Source of the DNA: Octopus sinensis
Taxonomy: Eukaryota
DNA: 64,000 bases
Assembly: GCF_006345805.1 (NCBI RefSeq)
Contig: NC_042999.1
Span: forward strand, 75,330,001-75,394,000
Reading direction: 5' to 3'
The notes under the pieces were generated by a model, which saw only the letters and a program-made list of their open reading frames with translations, was not told the origin of the DNA and did no database searches. Position numbers and translations under genes: made by a program. Below, piece after piece: positions 42,509-56,927 of the stretch. Within the stretch, counting starts at the first letter, position 1; each line of letters begins with the position of its first letter.

Positions 42509-45273
42509 TATTTGAGTGCACGCGTATATATTTTCAGTTTGTGTGCTATAAAAGTAGATATCCTTCCTAATTTTGGAACAAGGGAAGCAATTTTAAAGCG
42601 AGAGACAAGTCGATTGCATCGACTCCATTATTCAACTGGTACTTAGTTTATCAATCCGGAAAGGATAAAAAGCAAAATCGACCAGAGCGTAAAGAAATGC
42701 TGTTAACCACTTTTGTCCAGTGTGCTTACAACTCTGCCAGCTCGCTGCTTTTATAAAGTGTAAATATCGAAAAGAAGAAAAACAATCGACATATTCAAAG
42801 CAAACTCTGCTCCGTGTAAATATTTATATCTAAAATAAACGTAGTTGTTCATAGTTTGACTTTATTTTCATTTTCAATACATTTAGATATAAATATTAGG
42901 CTACATAAGTGGACTAGTCAGTAAATAAAATAATATGCATCTATTGCTTAATGCTATTTGGTGTTAAATAACTAAAATAACAAGTTGTATTTAATGTACT
43001 TGTGCGGGTCTAACTGGAAGAGATTTGGTGGCAAAGAAACTGAATTATTTGTTAATAACAATAATAATGATAATAATAATAATGAATAAATATGTAAATA
43101 AAATAAATAACAATATAGTAAAATAAATAACGAAATAATAATAAAATAAAAATAAAATAATTATAAATATTAATAATAATAAACAGAATTTTCTACTATT
43201 AATAATCTATCATTTCTCATTCAGTATGTATTACGTTTTTATGACATTTTACTTAGACAATAGAAGAGTAGGAACAGAGCCGTTGCTGAATGGTGCTCTG
43301 ACATAAGCTGGCCTCAATTCAGCGCTGTCTGTCTGTAAGAATGTATGCATATATGCATGCAAATATGCATGTTATGTAAGTGCATATTTATTCCAAAGTA
43401 TAAATGAATGTATGTATATATATGTATATAAAAGTTTACATGCACATGTGTACGTTTTCATTTTTTTCATTTATTTATAAGAATTCTTTCTAGAAAGTGG
43501 GAGCTGGTTTCTAACAGAAATGGAATTTGGGTATCAACAGCAATAATTTTCACATATTGAACGTTAGGAAATCTTGCATATTTTTACTGTTCCTCTTATA
43601 GATTGCATCTGGAAAGTGCATGCTAGGTAGTTTCTTTCTTTGTTTCAAAATCCTAGCTTTACCAAAGCTAGATATTTATTAACACAACTACGGTATTTAT
43701 TAATATAACCAAGTGTACTTGTGGTTATTGGTATATGGAGGAGCTGCAGGTCTCGAAATGGTTGTTCACAAATATTTTCCTTGTCGCTTATTTTGAAGGA
43801 GATGTTCGCATCTACAGAGCAGCTTACTTCTATGACTGTACATGACATTCTGTGTCAGATAACAGACTTGTTTTTTTTTTGCACTGGGTAAAAGTTTTGA
43901 ATCGTCAATTTCCACATATCATTATACACTCACTATAGACACATGTCGTGCCGAAATCGGGGAAGCTAGATAACAGAATATTTTTTTTAATTGACGATTT
44001 AAAGTCTCTTATCAGCATATTGGCATGGAAATAATTTTTCTTTTGCCCTTGTTTATAAGTTGTTTATAATTTTAACCATTAAATGTATTTTAATATGCTG
44101 CCACTTTTTTGATGAATTTTTTTCTGAAAAAAATTTCATCCTATATTAGTAGTAGATTTATTACCATTCACTTAGAGACTGGTAACCACTATTAGCTGTG
44201 GTTTGGAATAGTTCACACGTATCCTGAGGCTAGCTGAAGAATTTTATATTTAGATGTATTTGGGGTACTTATGTGTACACATGACTTTTGCTTCTGCTTT
44301 TTTCCATGAGTGCGTGTAAGTATTTCATTTATTTCTTATCGTATTTTCTACTGAAGAGGAAAAAATCCATAGGATTAATTCCGAAATTGATTCAATATAG
44401 AAATAACGAACTTTAAAAAAAAAAATCGGTTGGCTAGCTTCCCAGATTTCAGCACGACGTGTATCTATAGTGAGTGTATAATGATATGTGGAAATTGACG
44501 ATTTAAAGTCTGTTATCAGCATATTGGCATGGAAATAATTTTTCTTTTGCCCTTGTTTATAAGTTGCTTATAATTTTAACTTTTAAAGGTATTTTAATAT
44601 GCTGCCACTTTTGATGAAATTTTTTGATGAATCTAGATCTAGGTTTTCCATGTCTTACATATATATATATATACACGCATATATATATATATATATATGT
44701 ACATACGCACACACATGTATGTTTATGAATATTCGCAGAGGCGTTATAGTCAATAATCTGACGAATTATCGGCACCTACAATATTACTGGAAAATATGTG
44801 TGGACTGACATCCACCCTGCTCCACATCGAAGAAACGTAAAGTCGATAAGGATGAAATGTAAAATCGAATCTAGTAAGATTTGATCTCGGAATCTAGATC
44901 TAAGTTTTCCATGTCTTAAGGATTGTCTTTAATAATTCCATTTTGTAGGAGTATCAAATCGATTCCACGTGTACGGGTAATACTTTATTTTATCCATACC
45001 TGAAAAGATGACAGGCAAAGTCAAACCGCATTGAAACTGAAATAAAGAATATAAAGGGACGTAACTAAATACCGCAGATGAGTTTGTCTGACGCTCTAAT
45101 AATGGTGACAACAAATACTCTAGCGATAAGCGTTTAATCCGACGATCTGTTAGTTTAGTCTGCTTCGCCTTCATATGTTGAGGCAATTTTAAAGTGGAAC
45201 TGTAGAATCCAGAAACATGAGAGGTAATGTGAGAGTGATAGCATCATAAAACAAGTGCAAGCGAAACGAATCT

Positions 45274-45317
<44 letters not shown>

Positions 45318-45622
45318 CGCGCGTGTGTACACGCATATTCGGGTATAACTGTGTATAGAAGTGTATGTTCATGAATATGTATGTATATATATATATATAT
45401 ACATACATGTACATACGTACATGCATGCATATACATCCATCCATTTATACATGCTCCCACTCATACACCCACACACATACTCATACATATATCTTTATAT
45501 GGGGGGTGTATATACACATGTTTATATACACTTATGGACATACACGCATTTGCATCAGTAAGTATATGTGTATGTATGTATGCACACACATATATGCATA
45601 CATACATACATACATACATACA

Positions 45623-45672
<50 letters not shown>

Positions 45673-46856
45673 GTCACACACATAAAGACCGTAGCTTGTA
45701 TGTGCATGCGTGTATCTTGTGAATGTATGCGCACATGTATGCATGTGTGTGAGTTATGTTTAAATTAAAGGCACCGGAAATTGTTCCAGTTTGTCGCCAT
45801 CACATGACGAGAACTACTTATTTCATTAGCTCACTTCTATCATCCAGAACCGCCATCGCCATGTCATACACCTCACCACCATTACCACTTACCGGCACCG
45901 CCGCCGCCGCCGCAACCGCGACCGTTACCACCACCGCCATCACCATTGCCTTCTTTACCATAACCGACCACCACAATCACCGTCACTTATCTCAGCTACC
46001 ACCTTTACCATCTTCACCACCACTGCCATCATTATCACCGCCATTACCAAACACCAGTCTATAACAAACCAACATGATAGCCTAGAAGCGGTCAGACGAC
46101 CAGCTAGAAATAGATGCTAAATACACTTCAGACCGACGTCATACGATCTCAGAAAATGATACGTTAGATAAGGATGTTCTGAATTTCTTTCACACATAAA
46201 AAAAAGATAGGATGGTTATGGCTAGAATACCTCTGGTAATAGGTTTCATAGGCTTGCTCTGTTAGGTCTGACCAAAGGCTAAATAAAGAACAACACAGCC
46301 TACAATTACTATTACTGATCTCTGCACTTCAGTCATTATTATTGCTATTTCTAATACAACCTACGCCACCACCACCACCACCGCCGCCGCCACCGCCGTC
46401 GCCATCTCATATTGGACAACATAGATATTACAAACTCCTTATTACAAACTCCTCGGATGGTCACGGCTGGCTTGCCTTAATTAAACTAAGGTTGACCTGA
46501 GATTAAACAACCACATTATCAATGGCAGCTATGCTGACGTGACAACAACATTAATATTGATTTCAAATTTTGGCACAAGACCAGCAATTTTGTGGGAGTG
46601 GGTAAGTCGATCAGATCGAATCTAGTGTTCAGCTGGTACTTATTTTATCGACAAAGACAAAGTCGATCTCTGCGAAATTTGAACTCAGAGAACATCTTGA
46701 CGGACGAAACACCGATAAGCATTTTTCCCAGCGTGCCAGCGCGCCGCCTTCACAACAGTATTAATATTAACAATATTTGTTTCTTTATTGATATTAGAGA
46801 TCATTATCTTAAAAGTCATTTATATCAATATAGAATCAGATTACTTTATTTTAAAG

Positions 46857-46935
46857 CAAGGGGTGAGAAACTTTTTAATGTGGCGGGCAAAAATTTCCAA
46901 TGAAAAAGGCCCGCGAGCGGACCACAAGTTCTAAT
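46857..46935 (+). mobile_element. Possible hAT-type element end
   Basis: caaggggtgagaaactttttaatgtggcgggc resembles CAGGGGTG.CCAACCTTTTT hAT ends. No matching right end or TSD found. Confidence 0.3.
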
Positions 46936-47790
46936 TCTTATATTTGTGTACATCTAGTATATATCTATGTATAATTCGATATACATTAATAAAGATAAGT
47001 TTAACACATTAAATTAACGCGTAACATCTTCATTAACGCCGTCACTGAATTTAGTACGTTTATATTACTTATGCGATACTCTATATTTTTCAGCTAGAGT
47101 GTAGTTGGATCTCAAGGGGTTGATACAAACCTAGCAATATGAGTTTTATAGTGAAAACAAAATTTTCATTCGAATGGCAATTACTGGACGATTTCTGTTC
47201 GAGTCTAACCGCTTTAAGTCGCAGTAGAAACGCGACCTATGTCGCAAATAGGCTTGTGAATATTGTATAAATTTTATAATTGAAAAATTTATTATATTTT
47301 GTACATACGTGTATATCGGCCTGCGGGCGCAAATCCTTCGGAAGTCAAGCTTTCTTTTCATGCTACCTGGATATATAAATTAAATATCAGGGAAATACTG
47401 GGTCGAATTTTCTATCTTCTCTATCTATCTTTTAATCACTTTCTCAGAATTAGCTATTGATAAGATATTGTCATACGAAAAAAATCTAAAGGAAGAGAAT
47501 AAAAACGAAAAAAGAAAAAAAAAAGGAAAAAACAAACACCGTTATATTCCACGACGAAAGTTTCATGACAAACACATTGCATTTGACGAGGAAGTCACGA
47601 AGGGTTTCTCATAGATCTCTTACTGGTGCAAGGACGAGAGTAATCAATCGAATCGAATCAGCACTTGACTGGCACATGTAACTTATCGATCCCGAATATT
47701 TGAGTGCAGAATATAAAGTGACGTCAATTATTATCGTTGTTGCTGTTTAGCCTCAAGCCAGCCATGATGAAACAGACGTATAATTTTTTG

Positions 47791-47865
<75 letters not shown>

Positions 47866-47954
47866 TTGACCGCTGCCATGTTAACGTTTGTTTTCGTTTG
47901 CCGCAAAGGCATTTTTCAAAATACGCCAGCCAAGATAAGTTAAAAATTGTCTAA

Positions 47955-48280
47955 AGTCGTAAGACGCCCGCTGTTTTTGTCCTGTTTACCATTGTTGTTT
48001 TTTATTTCTATTTTTTGTTTCTTGTATTTATATTCGTGTGGCATCCTGTCTTTGTTTCGTATACATTCGATCCTCTTTCCAAGAAATCTAATGCCTGTGG
48101 CTTAGTTTTTCCTTGGGGCTGGCCGGTTCGGAGCGATATCGAGATTAAACAGCCGAAATTGCTAAGATGATCCGGTTCCCGACTGAAGATTAGAGGCTTC
48201 GAGTGACCCGTCTGTTTTTTTTTTTGTGTCGTCTCTTTGTGTGTTTTTGCGTTCTTGTCCCGCTTTGTAATTTATATTTT
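47955..48280 (+). mobile_element. Dispersed repeat, putative Penelope-like fragment (family P2)
   Basis: ccttggggctggcc..ttaaacagccgaaa..ctgaaga..ggct shared with 58000-58260 (minus); the cagccgaaa..ctgaaga part is also at 2352-2478. Confidence 0.45.
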
Positions 48281-48895
48281 ATATTTAATTTCTATACATA
48301 TATTATTGCGGCGTAACGTACCCCTATCTCCTATATATATATATATGGATAAATACATTGTCCAACGTGTTCTTCATTTTTTAAAATAGTAAAGTGTAAT
48401 TTAGTGGGGAATAGGTATTACTTCGTTCTATAGTCGCTAAGTGCGCAGCACCAGAACACACCAATGCAGCAACCAGCAGAATACTATCACAGATAAATAA
48501 GAGAGCAGATGACAGAATCAAAGGAACGGAAGGAGAGCTGTTATGCAATATTCGTATTTAGTTACGAGCTTTTGTTCTGATTTAACTCTCTAGGATTTAA
48601 ACCAGCCATAGTTGGCCAAAATATTCTACCTTGTTTATGTTCAAATTTTCTAGATCTCGTCTCTCACGCCTACCTTACAATGTCTTTCTAAAATTAAGTA
48701 ATCGCATCATTGCAATCTTGAAACTACTAGATTATGCATGATTATTTCAAAACAAAGTGAATAAATGACAGGTATTACATTTGACAGAGTAGTTTGAATG
48801 CTGAAGGGTTAAATCTGACCGGGAGCTTTCCGAGACCGACAAAATAAATACCAAACAAATACTGGGCAATCAGTCTTGCCTTGCTATATTATAAA

Positions 48896-49340
48896 CTAGC
48901 AGTATAGCCCGGCGTTGCTCGGGTTTGTTTGTTTTTTAGTTGCGCTTAAAACGGCAGACTTTGATGTCGCGTTAACAAAGTTTTGACATAGTTTCAATCT
49001 TTTTTAAAAAATAAAAATTTTGCATTACGTAGCTTGTTATTCTCTTTAAGTGAACATTTTTCTGGTTGAAATACACCAAAAAATGGCGACACAGCAGTCA
49101 AAAAATCGTAAAAAAATAGGGATTTTCATAGAAAAAAAAGCACCTTTTTGATGTAAATAATTTTTGGTGTTAACATGGTCCGATTTGAATTTTTTCTTCT
49201 ACGGAATGAAGAGCAAGCCTTCTTCTATCATACTCTTAATTTTGATCAACTTGCGCCGCAGGGTCTCGGAGGAGATAGTGTTAGTTGAAGGCTACCAAAC
49301 CTGTCACACACACGGACAACTTCAGCTTTATATGTATAGA
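48896..49340 (-). mobile_element. Non-autonomous Helitron (445 bp)
   Basis: Minus 5' end A|TCTATACATATAAAGCTG; 3' hairpin cccg-agcaacgc-cggg about 10 nt before CTAG|T; inserted between A and T, no TSD. Confidence 0.85.
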
Positions 49341-52300
49341 TATAGTATTATTGCTGAATTCACGTCTGTATTGTAATCACGTGTGTATTGTTTATCGCTA
49401 CATTTACTTTTTTAATTTTTATATGTCGTTATCAAGGCGGCGAACTGGCAGAATCGCCACCTTCCCCTTAGTTACCCTGTATTGGATTTCTATTCTTGTC
49501 TGGATGCTTTGAGAAATAACTCTAAGAACGGGCAAAATTTCATAAAAAAACGTTAAGGCTTGATATAGAAACGAAGTAATAAATAATCTCTCGAGAGATC
49601 AACAAAAACTTCAAATAGCAGTAATATACTTAGTCGATTAAAAGGAACAAACCTATTCACCTATGAATATAAACGACATCAAATTGGAGTTACTGGAATG
49701 CGTCGTGGAGTGCTATTTAATCTGATAAGTAGTGACGTAAAGGTTAACTGTACTGAAGTATGTAGTAAGCTAATAATCAGAATGGTGGCGTGATAGTGGT
49801 AGTGTTGATGGTGGTGGCGCTGATGGTGGTAATGGGGTCGGTGAAGGTGGTGGTGATGCATTTTGCGAAGTTAGTTGTGAGATTTGTGAAACAGGCTTTA
49901 GGGTTAACTAGCAATACATTTTTTTATTTATTATTTTTTATGCTTATGGTTATGCGTTTCGAAATCCCTGTATTCAGATGAACTCTTTAACCTATCTTCA
50001 TTGATCCCTACGACCCGTCAATAGAGTGTTTAAAGTGGATTCAGTAGCCGGGTCATCCCCCATACATTACATGTCTAGCAATATCTCAAGATTTTACTTG
50101 TTAGCACTACGATTCAACTTAAAAGACCTACTTGAGTGGCGACAAATATATATATATATATATGTATATAATACACAAACAATATAAAAGAGGACCCGCA
50201 CCTATAAAACATCAGGCATTGTCTTTCGTCTTCTAAAATGATTTAAGAAAACTCTCTAGCAACCCCACTTCAGGGACTGTTTCAGGTACACCAGACAGAT
50301 TTAGTAATCCGTAGAGGCACCTATGATCTTTATTGTAATCTCTTTCGTCACCGAAGGTTAATTCCTAAAACCTTCACGCTGTCTGACTTGATGTTATCTG
50401 TTCTGTCATATAAGTATCTTTGTTAACAAATTACTTTCGAGTGTGTTCTTGTTTTGAGTTTAGTTCTGTGTTGTGTTATAAATTGTAGAACTGTTCTTTT
50501 CGGGCAATGCGCTAAAGCAGTACATCCATAATTTACAACCAGCTGGGTTGTTGAAAGGAGTCACCACGACGAACTAGCCATAATGGTTCCCAGAAATATT
50601 TATATCTAAATTAGGATTCAGTATTGCAAGGACAATTAGGATTTAGTATTGCAATTAACGAATCATCCGTCAGTTACATAATGTTCATACTACTTACTGG
50701 GAAAAAGAAAAAGATGATACTGATGATGATCATCCTGAAAAAGCGTGAGAAAGAAAACAAATAATTACAATTTCTTATATCACAATAATGATAATGTCGC
50801 ACAGAGGTATAAGGCCATATAATTCTGGGTATGATTTAATCGATTAAATAGATCTCTCGCACTTGATTGGTGCGTTATTTTATAGACCCTCACAAAGGAT
50901 TTTGTGATATTGATATGCATACGATGTAACCGAAAAAATTCCTGTCTATCACCCTCGCTTAGTAACACATTCACTTTCATGGCAACCACCTTACTTAAGT
51001 AGGAGAACAACTCACTTGTTAGTTCAGCCACCCACTACGAATATATGAAATAAAAAGTGTTGTACATCACGGCCGTGACGTCGTCCTCATATACTGACAT
51101 AAGTTTTAATATTAAGCAGTTCAGAGTAAAATTCTCAAAAAGATAGAGTACGTGTTGGCAGTGAATCATTATTGTGGATACAGCACAGGAAACGAACCTC
51201 AAACTTTCGGTCTGGTAATGTGCACGATTAACTTATCAATTTAGCACACTGTAATTCTTTGTTCTTTTATCTTATTCTCTGGATGCGATAAAAGAATAAA
51301 GTATACGGAACTTATCAGAATATTGGATTCAATTAAATTGTACACTAGCCATAAAGCAAGAGATCATCAGTCTACATATATTTCTTCAAAGATATTCTTG
51401 ACCGGTAATCCATTTTAACAAAAATTTTTACATTCGTTTTATACTTCTGAGAGAAGTTATCATTAAAGTTCGTTCGATTTATAACTCGTTGGACGCTAGA
51501 TTGTTTATACAAGCTATAATGTTGCATATAGCGCTGTGTTTGGCTCACAGGCCAAATATTATATAAGTATCTATACAAATGTTATATAAGTAAGTAACTA
51601 TGTTATTGCTGTTATATTTAGCGATTGGTAAATATGAAAACTGGTTTAACATTTATACAGTATCACACATTAGGCGATAGCACAGATTCTAGTAAATGCT
51701 TCATACATATTTTATAGGCCGCATGGGAATAGACACAGAAGTAAAGATCGGTGATACATGAACTGAAAATATCTTATATGCAATGGCTTCTTTAAAGTAA
51801 GGAAAAAAAAAAAAGAACCTAATATCGAAAACAATTCTATTTATCACATTGGATGCCTAAATGCGTGCGCTTCGCCCAGTATTTCTCAAGCAGTATCTAA
51901 ATACACTGAAATAGAAAAATAAATAAATAAATAAATAATTTCAGACTTTATAACGTCTTCGAAAGCTTGTTATCCATAATTTTGTTGTATAAAAATATGA
52001 TTACCAAAAGGTATAGTATGTCACAATGTTAGAAATACTGAAAACCACCTGCTGATTCAAAGACAGAGCCACTGCCTAAAACTATTAAAGATTTTCCCAG
52101 ACGGCTGGGACATTTTGAACAACCGAAAGAAATTCTAGTGGGGTGAAGTTGTGAAGAGAAAAAAATTTAGTGTTCAGTTTGGGATCAAGTGGAAGGAGAC
52201 ACAGCAAGAATAACGAAAGGAGGAGGAGAAAGAAGAACGTCGGAGAAGTCTGAATGGAGATAGGGTTCGCAGTAAAGCTAGTTTAGAGCAGTAGACAATG

Positions 52301-52598
52301 GTGTAGAAACAGTAGAAGAATCAGAAAGAATACAAAGTGTATCTATTGTCGTCTGTTGGTGAGTGAATATCTGCAATAGAGTTGAATGGCCTCCTTTTAG
52401 ATGCACGTCTCAGATATGTGAGCAGTGCTCTAATTGCCAGGAACGGGACGTGAGCAAATGTAAACAAAATGTTTGTATTAGAGCAAGAGATAGAATGACT
52501 TTCATTATTTGTTCTAGCTATAATCGCCAATTTCAACGATGCTTACACGTAAGGTACACACACACACGGAGTGTATGAGATAGATAGATAGAGTGAGA

Positions 52599-52656
<58 letters not shown>

Positions 52657-52864
52657 GAGACAGAGGCAGAGAGAGACAGACAGACAGAGGGGAGTGCACT
52701 ATGGCCGAGTGGTTGCGAAATTACCTTTGTAACTACGAATCCCGGGTTCGATGCTAAAGCGTGGTAACGTGGAAGAATATTATCATTTAAAGCCTAGCTC
52801 GCCCTACACGTTGTAAGTAATACTGGGTCAGTGGAAACTTTATAGAACCCCGCCCTCTGATTCA

Positions 52865-53180
52865 ACGTGGTTTAGTGGTTAGGGGCTTTCGGCTCATGAT
52901 CGTAAGGTTGTGAGTTCAAATCCCGGCGGCGCGTTGTGTCCTTGAGCAAGACACTTTATTTCACGTTACTCCAGTCCACTCAGCTGGCAAAAATGAGTAG
53001 TACCTGTATTTCAAAGGGCCGGCCTTGTCACACTCTGTGTCACGCTGAATCTCCCCGAGAACTACGTTAAGGGTACACGTGTTTGTGGAGTACCCAGCCA
53101 CTTGCACGTTAACTTCACGAGCAAGCTGTTCAGTTGATCGTATCAACTGGGACCCTCATCGTCGCAACCGACGGAGTACT
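52865..53180 (+). mobile_element. tRNA-headed SINE (family C-related)
   Basis: gtggtttagtggttaggg..gagttcaaatccc..ccttgagcaagacac. Tail ccccgagaactacgttaaggg..gtcgtcgcaaccgacgg also occurs at 15425-15610 (minus). Confidence 0.85.
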
Positions 53181-54749
53181 CCTATGTATGTATGTATGTA
53201 TGTATGTATGTATGTATGTATGTATGTATGTATGTATGTATGTATGTGTGTATGTATGTATGTAGGTGCGGAGGTTTTGTGAGTGGTTGAGGAACGATAG
53301 TCCGGTATATTTTGTTTATTTCTTCTGCTGCTGGTCATTTCAAGTCCAGAGGGTCGTGCTTGTTCATCCTAATAATGAAGACAAGTCGGACGTATGCCTG
53401 AATGAGTTAGAAAAATCTGCTTTACTCGCCCATTCCAGAACTGAAGCTCTGAGTTGCTTTGTTGTAGCTATTATCATTGTTGTTGTTATTATTATTATTT
53501 GGGTAGGTTTTTTTCCCTGTCGATCCATCTGATTCTAGCAATGAAACAAATATAACGCAGAATAAAAAAAAAAACGAAAAACAAAAACAAAAATAGAAAG
53601 CCTTCCAACAAACAATAAAGGCTAAATATTACGATCTTATGAACACCTGGCTGATCTCTTTAGCATCGTCTCAAGTCGAGTAGGTCATTTGGAACAAGGA
53701 CAGAAGAGAGGCCAAGTCAAGTCAAGCAAGCAATTAAGAAAGAAGGAAAAAACGCATGAGAACAAAATATAACAAAGGTTAAAAGATTAAAGACAGATGG
53801 CAGTGGACACATCTTAAATGTTGTTTGTGTGCGTGTATGCTTGTGTGTATAACTGTGTGTATGTGTGTCTAAACATACATACATGTAGATATGGTCATTT
53901 AAATAGCAACCATATAAAAAGGATAGTAGTAAGGACAGCATCACCATCAACACACTGCTATCATCGTCAACGTCGTCGTTGTCATCATCGTCATCATCGA
54001 CACCAACACCACCACCACCACCACCACCACCACCACCACCACCACAACCACTGCCGCCGCCGCTGCCGCCGCCGCTGCCGTCGTCGTCGTCTTCCTCCTC
54101 GTCCTCGTCCTCGTCCTCCTCCTCCTCCTCATCATCATTGTCATCATTGTCATCATCACTGTTCTTGTCAACATCATCATCATTATGTTCATTGAGCCGA
54201 ATGACCTATCGAGTTTGGGGCATCGAAGAGAAATAGCAGCCTCATTGTCCTCAAATCAAACCCTACTCTCTTGAAAATAGGGAGAACACAGCAGATAATG
54301 TAATTCAAATTAGGTCTGAAGATACAAAATGGTCACAGCCGGATTGTTTTTGGTCAGAGTTGACCTGGGGCTATAAGAACAACATCCTTTTCCCCTCCAT
54401 CATCATCATCATCATCATCATCATAATCACCACAACCACCACCACCACCTCCACTGTCACTACCACCACCATCATCATTGTCATCATCATCATCCTTATC
54501 ACCATCACAAAATAGTTGCCAATCTTTCCACCCTGATGATGGAGGTTGGCTTTACGGAAATTGTTTACTGGTTGCATATCCTTCAGCTCTTGCACACTCC
54601 ATCCATCGATATTACAACTATTACGTAATTCCGGGCCTTCAGAAACAGCTGCCGGTCCTGAAACACTATGCCTTCTCCCCTTAGTTTTCTGCATTTTTGT
54701 ACTCTTTGTATGTTTGTTCTGTAAATATATAAATATCCATATGCTTATA

Positions 54750-54912
54750 CACGAGTGCTCATGCTTCGCGAGAAAAATTCTTTGTTGCGCATGCGTGAAA
54801 ACTTTTGCGCCGGGATGACGTGCCAGTTCCTGGCTGTTACGCCTAGAGTACAGACGTGTAGTGCACACTCGTCTGATTTTCATTTATAAGTTAAATGACC
54901 GAACGCATCGAG
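54750..54912 (+). mobile_element. 5' leader and first codons of a second mariner subfamily
   Basis: Homologous to the leader of the minus copy (catgcg..cagttcctggctgttacgcc..aaATGACCGAACGCATCGAG = MTERIE). Confidence 0.6.
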
Positions 54913-54919
54913 AATAAAC

Positions 54920-55616
54920 TCATGTCACATCACCAGTGATGATAGTCTTCATGAATTCTGGGTCGTTTATACAGTTCAGCATGTTTATACAGTTTATACA
55001 GTTCAGCATGTTCTGAGCGATTTCCATGCAGAGTTTCTTATGCTGCTCCTCCAACACCCTGGGGAAGAATTTCTCCGACACTCTTCTCATGCATAAATTT
55101 TCCGTTAAAATTGAAAGCACTGATCTTGTGTTTATTCCCACTTCATGAGGAATTTTCAGTTTTGTTACACAACAGTCTTCCATGACTATTCGCCGCACCT
55201 TCTAAATTGGCTCCTCGTTCCGGTTTGTGGATGGCCTACCTGAGCGTGCCTCGCTCTCTACAGTGGTGCAGCCATGTTTGAACGGGATTGTACCACTCCT
55301 TGATCTGTGTTTTGCCCATGATATCATCATCTTCTGGATGACTTGAACATGAGAATCATCAAGCGTTTTTGTAAAACTTGATGCAATATCTCTGCTTGCT
55401 TTGTTCGGTCATCTTGAGTCAAAACGAAAACCCGACGTGTGCGTACAACACGTCTTTAGGCATAACATCCAGAAACTGATTCCGCCTACTTTTGCGAAAA
55501 TTTTATCGCATGTACAGGAGGGGTGGCGTCACCTCCTAACCAAAGGATTTTGCTCATGTGGCATTAGTTTCGGCGGGAAAAATAAAGTAGGATACTTTTT
55601 GAACGCACCTCGTATA
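54920..55616 (-). mobile_element. mariner-family transposon, 5' portion only
   Basis: End tacgaggtgcgttcaaaaagtatcc. ATG at 55412: MTEQSKQRYCIKF...GKTQIKEWY..SEARSGRPST..MRRVSEKFFPRVL..DPEFMKTIITGD, then truncated. Confidence 0.85.
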
Positions 55617-56131
55617 CATTTACATAAACGTACACACATACCGAATTCCTGTTCAATGCCCCATATACTTATTACAACATATTTTTTTTTATCTTTCATT
55701 TCCACGTAATATATTTTTTTTCTTTTTATGATTTATATTTTCTTAACGATTTACGCTCCTTCGTTTCGTGTCAAAACAACCAAAATTGTGATAAATTGCT
55801 AACCTACGGTATCTTATTTAATGGAACTACGTAGAAAAACCTGGAAAAATAAAACAATAATTCTTTGAAAAATTCCCCCCCACTCCACAACTCCTTCCAA
55901 ATAAACGAGTATACGAATGGAATGGATACAAAGAGTCTCGAATCTCTCCTTACACACCAATTTTCATGACTTCCGTCTTCATCAGAAACATTAGTGTAAT
56001 TCTATATTTCTATTTTCTTTGTTGTTGACTTACTTCATTCCATGTCTTGCAGGCTTTCCAATAACTCTTGATGAAAACAAATGTGTATTGGTTCTTTTAG
56101 GATTCTTACTTAATGTCATCCTTAAATCTTG

Positions 56132-56173
<42 letters not shown>

Positions 56174-56290
56174 TATATATATGCGTGTGTGCGTGTGTGT
56201 GTGTATGCGTATATGTGTGTGTGTGCGTGTGTTTGTGCGTGTGTATGTATGTGTATGTACATATATCTACACACCACACTCATATATGTG

Positions 56291-56347
<57 letters not shown>

Positions 56348-56352
56348 GTCTG

Positions 56353-56396
<44 letters not shown>

Positions 56397-56574
56397 CATA
56401 CATACACACACACATACAAATGCACGCTTATATACGTGTATAAGACTTTGTATGGCTGTATATGTATATCTGTATCTTTCTGTTTCTCTCATTCTCTCTC
56501 TCTCTCTCTCTCTCTCCCTATGTATATATGTGAATATATATATATACATATATGTATATTATATACATATAGTG

Positions 56575-56900
56575 AAGGCGCATGGCGCAGTGGATAGAGC
56601 GTCGAGCTTACGATCGTGAGTTCGATTCCCGGACCGGACTGCGTGTTGTGTTCTTGAGCAAGACACTTTATTTCACGTTGCTCTAGTTCACTCAGCTGTA
56701 GAAATGAGTTGCGACGTCACAGGTGCCAAGCTGTATCGGCCGTTGCCTTTCCCTTGGACAACACTGGTGGCGTGGAGAAGAGAGGCCGGTATGCCTGGGC
56801 GACTGCTGGTTTTCCATAAACAACCTTGCCCGGACTTGTACCTGGGAGGGTAACTTTCTAGGTGCAATCCCACGGTCAGTCATGACCGAAGGGAGTCTCA
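56575..56900 (+). mobile_element. tRNA-headed SINE with a different tail
   Basis: tggcgcagtgg, gagttcgattccc, tcttgagcaagacac. Tail cactcagctgtagaaatgagttgcgac..catgaccgaaggg also occurs at 21245-21440. Confidence 0.85.
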
Positions 56901-56927
56901 GCATTATATATATATGTATAATGTTAA

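Noticed and set aside
50530-50570. caaccagctg resembling miR-133
   Set aside because: Seed and rest of the mature sequence are absent; no matching precursor hairpin.
51016-51034. 19-nt minus-strand exon candidate (WVAELT)
   Set aside because: Splice-like signals present, but no phase-compatible partner identified; easily arises by chance in AT-rich DNA.
53266-53532. Plus ORF VQRVVLVHPNNEDKSDVCLNE..
   Set aside because: No adequate acceptor/donor pair and no recognisable motif.
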